Below, piece after piece: positions 62,557-64,000 of a stretch of 64,000 nt of DNA. Within the stretch, counting starts at the first letter, position 1. The number at the start of each line of letters is the position of its first letter. The stretch covers positions 10,106,001 to 10,170,000 of the forward strand of contig CM120645.1 in assembly GCA_051362555.1 (NCBI GenBank), given 5' to 3'. The notes under the pieces were generated by a model, which made no database searches, had not been told where the DNA came from, and saw nothing but the letters and a program-made list of their open reading frames with translations. A program made the translations under genes and the position numbers. The DNA is from Lingula anatina. Taxonomy: Eukaryota; Animalia; Brachiopoda.

Positions 62557-62595
62557 GCCCCCGACGAGGCCTCAGGGCCGAAACGGCCGTAGGGC
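62557..62595 (+). ncRNA. Minimal type I hammerhead ribozyme motif (U4C core variant) in a Penelope pLTR-like fragment
   Basis: GCCC-CCGACGA-GGCC(TCAG)GGCC-GAAA-C(GGCC)G-TA-GGGC: stems I, II and III all pair, loop 3 is palindromic and the cleavage triplet is GUA. Confidence 0.7.
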
Positions 62596-62713
62596 TTTTT
62601 TTTAAATAAAATGGAGAGAGGAAGCTAAGTTATTCACATCCTTGATTATACCAGCTCCCCACGGGCCGCCGCCATGGGTGGAGCACTTTTTCACGGTGAA
62701 CTGACTTAATTCT

Positions 62714-62717
<4 letters not shown>

Positions 62718-62774
<57 letters not shown>
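62718..62774. repeat. (AT)n microsatellite
   Basis: Pure AT dinucleotide run ending the pLTR-like fragment. Confidence 0.95.
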
Positions 62775-62777
<3 letters not shown>

Positions 62778-64000
62778 ATTACAAAACAATACATAGTTTC
62801 CCTTAAAAATGTTTAAAAGATCTAAAACAGTATTATAGTCATTTGATATATGCTAATTATAAAAAACACAGTTATAGTGCTGCTAGACCTTCATTATGCA
62901 CTGAAACTGATTCTAAAAACTGAGAAGTCTGCAAAATGAATTAACTTAGAAATGGAAAATGTTGATACATGCAAACAGACCAATGCAAAAAATTGAAAAA
63001 TTGAAATTTTTAAGTTTTTCAAAAAACATTGAATTAATCTTGTTCTCAGAAGTTTGTGAGATGGGTTAATTTAATTATAATCCTTGCTAGCTTCTAGAGT
63101 GATTTATGTATGTTAAATGCATGTATAAATAAATATATATTTTAATTTACATGACTCATACAGGTTTAAATATGTATGAACAATGTTATGTAAGTACTAT
63201 ATGCAAGATACATAAAATTCAATGTCTTTGTTTACTATAGTTTCAATCAAATTTATAAAAGAAAAACTCATTGAGAAAGAACAACAAAATTGGCCCTAAA
63301 ATATAAAATATCCAACTAACATATGGCAATTAAATAAAAGCTGCTGATCTATGCATCTATATATATATACTGACTCTACCATGGGGAAAATTGTTAATTT
63401 AACTGATAGTGCTTCATCAAGCCATACATTCTTAAAATTGCCACTTTCCTGCTACATTCATGTGTATATATACGTACCATTTAAGTGCATGATAGCCATA
63501 TGCTATATAGCTGTATATATATTTGATTCTGATTCCATATACATATTTTGTTTGTTATAGTGATTTCCATTCTAATGACTCATTTCTTAGAACTTCTAGT
63601 CCATTTGTCAGTAAAGAACAACAAAAATCTCAGAACAGAACAGTCCAATTCTTCATATTCTTCATCTTGTAGCTGTTCATGAAAGCTTATAGATATATAT
63701 ATATACCTAAATTCTCAAATGTACTTTGTCAAGTTTCTCGTTGTCTTACCACTTCTAGATTCAAAGACATTTCATCACCAGTTTGTTGTTAACATACACA
63801 AATAAATTAAATGTTGAAGTACTTTGGATGATACCTTATTTTCCTGACTTTGTGGATTGTTCTTTGCAAATAAAACTAGCAGACGACCATTTTTGATGAA
63901 ATGGAACTACTTTTCACAGGAAGTAGTGTATTCATACGCAACAGTACATGTGACCTTGGGTATGGAATACAAAAAAATAGTACATGCATTCATACTGTCA

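Noticed and set aside
63380-63950. Candidate upstream exons of the protease gene
   Set aside because: Several AG/GT-bounded short open stretches exist, but no phase-consistent, stop-free chain could be built by eye.

Overview
AT-rich, repeat-dense eukaryotic DNA, most likely from a marine invertebrate (inferred from spliceosomal introns and the mix of Academ, Penelope, Rex/Babar, Helentron-type, Kolobok-type and IS3EU-type elements). Two spliced host genes can be reconstructed by eye on the minus strand with phase-consistent GT-AG junctions. (1) A protease gene (~62006 to 57220, 5' end not found) encoding a degenerate RING-like Cys/His motif, a caspase-fold domain of metacaspase/prokaryotic type (FFYSGHG...LIILDCC, long p20-p10 linker) and an unrecognised C-terminal region. 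(2) Downstream, a gene (32363 to 2048, 3' end not found) with an N-terminal atypical TIR/SEFIR-like domain, a Ser/Ala/Thr-rich linker built from tandemly duplicated phase-1 exons, and a canonical TIR domain with the catalytic-position Glu. An apparently intact 7.9-kb AcademX transposon (TAG...CTA ends, TAT TSD, ~1-kb TIRs), a 5'-truncated Rex/Babar LINE and a three-level nest of non-autonomous DNA elements lie between the two genes. The introns hold a frameshifted Penelope element with an inverted pseudo-LTR, Helentron-like elements with satellite arrays, a solo LTR and a minimal hammerhead ribozyme motif; MITEs occur in both introns and intergenic DNA. The top lead is the TIR-TIR plus bacterial-style caspase gene pair as a candidate innate-immune locus. 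All calls were made by manual reading; no database searches were run.
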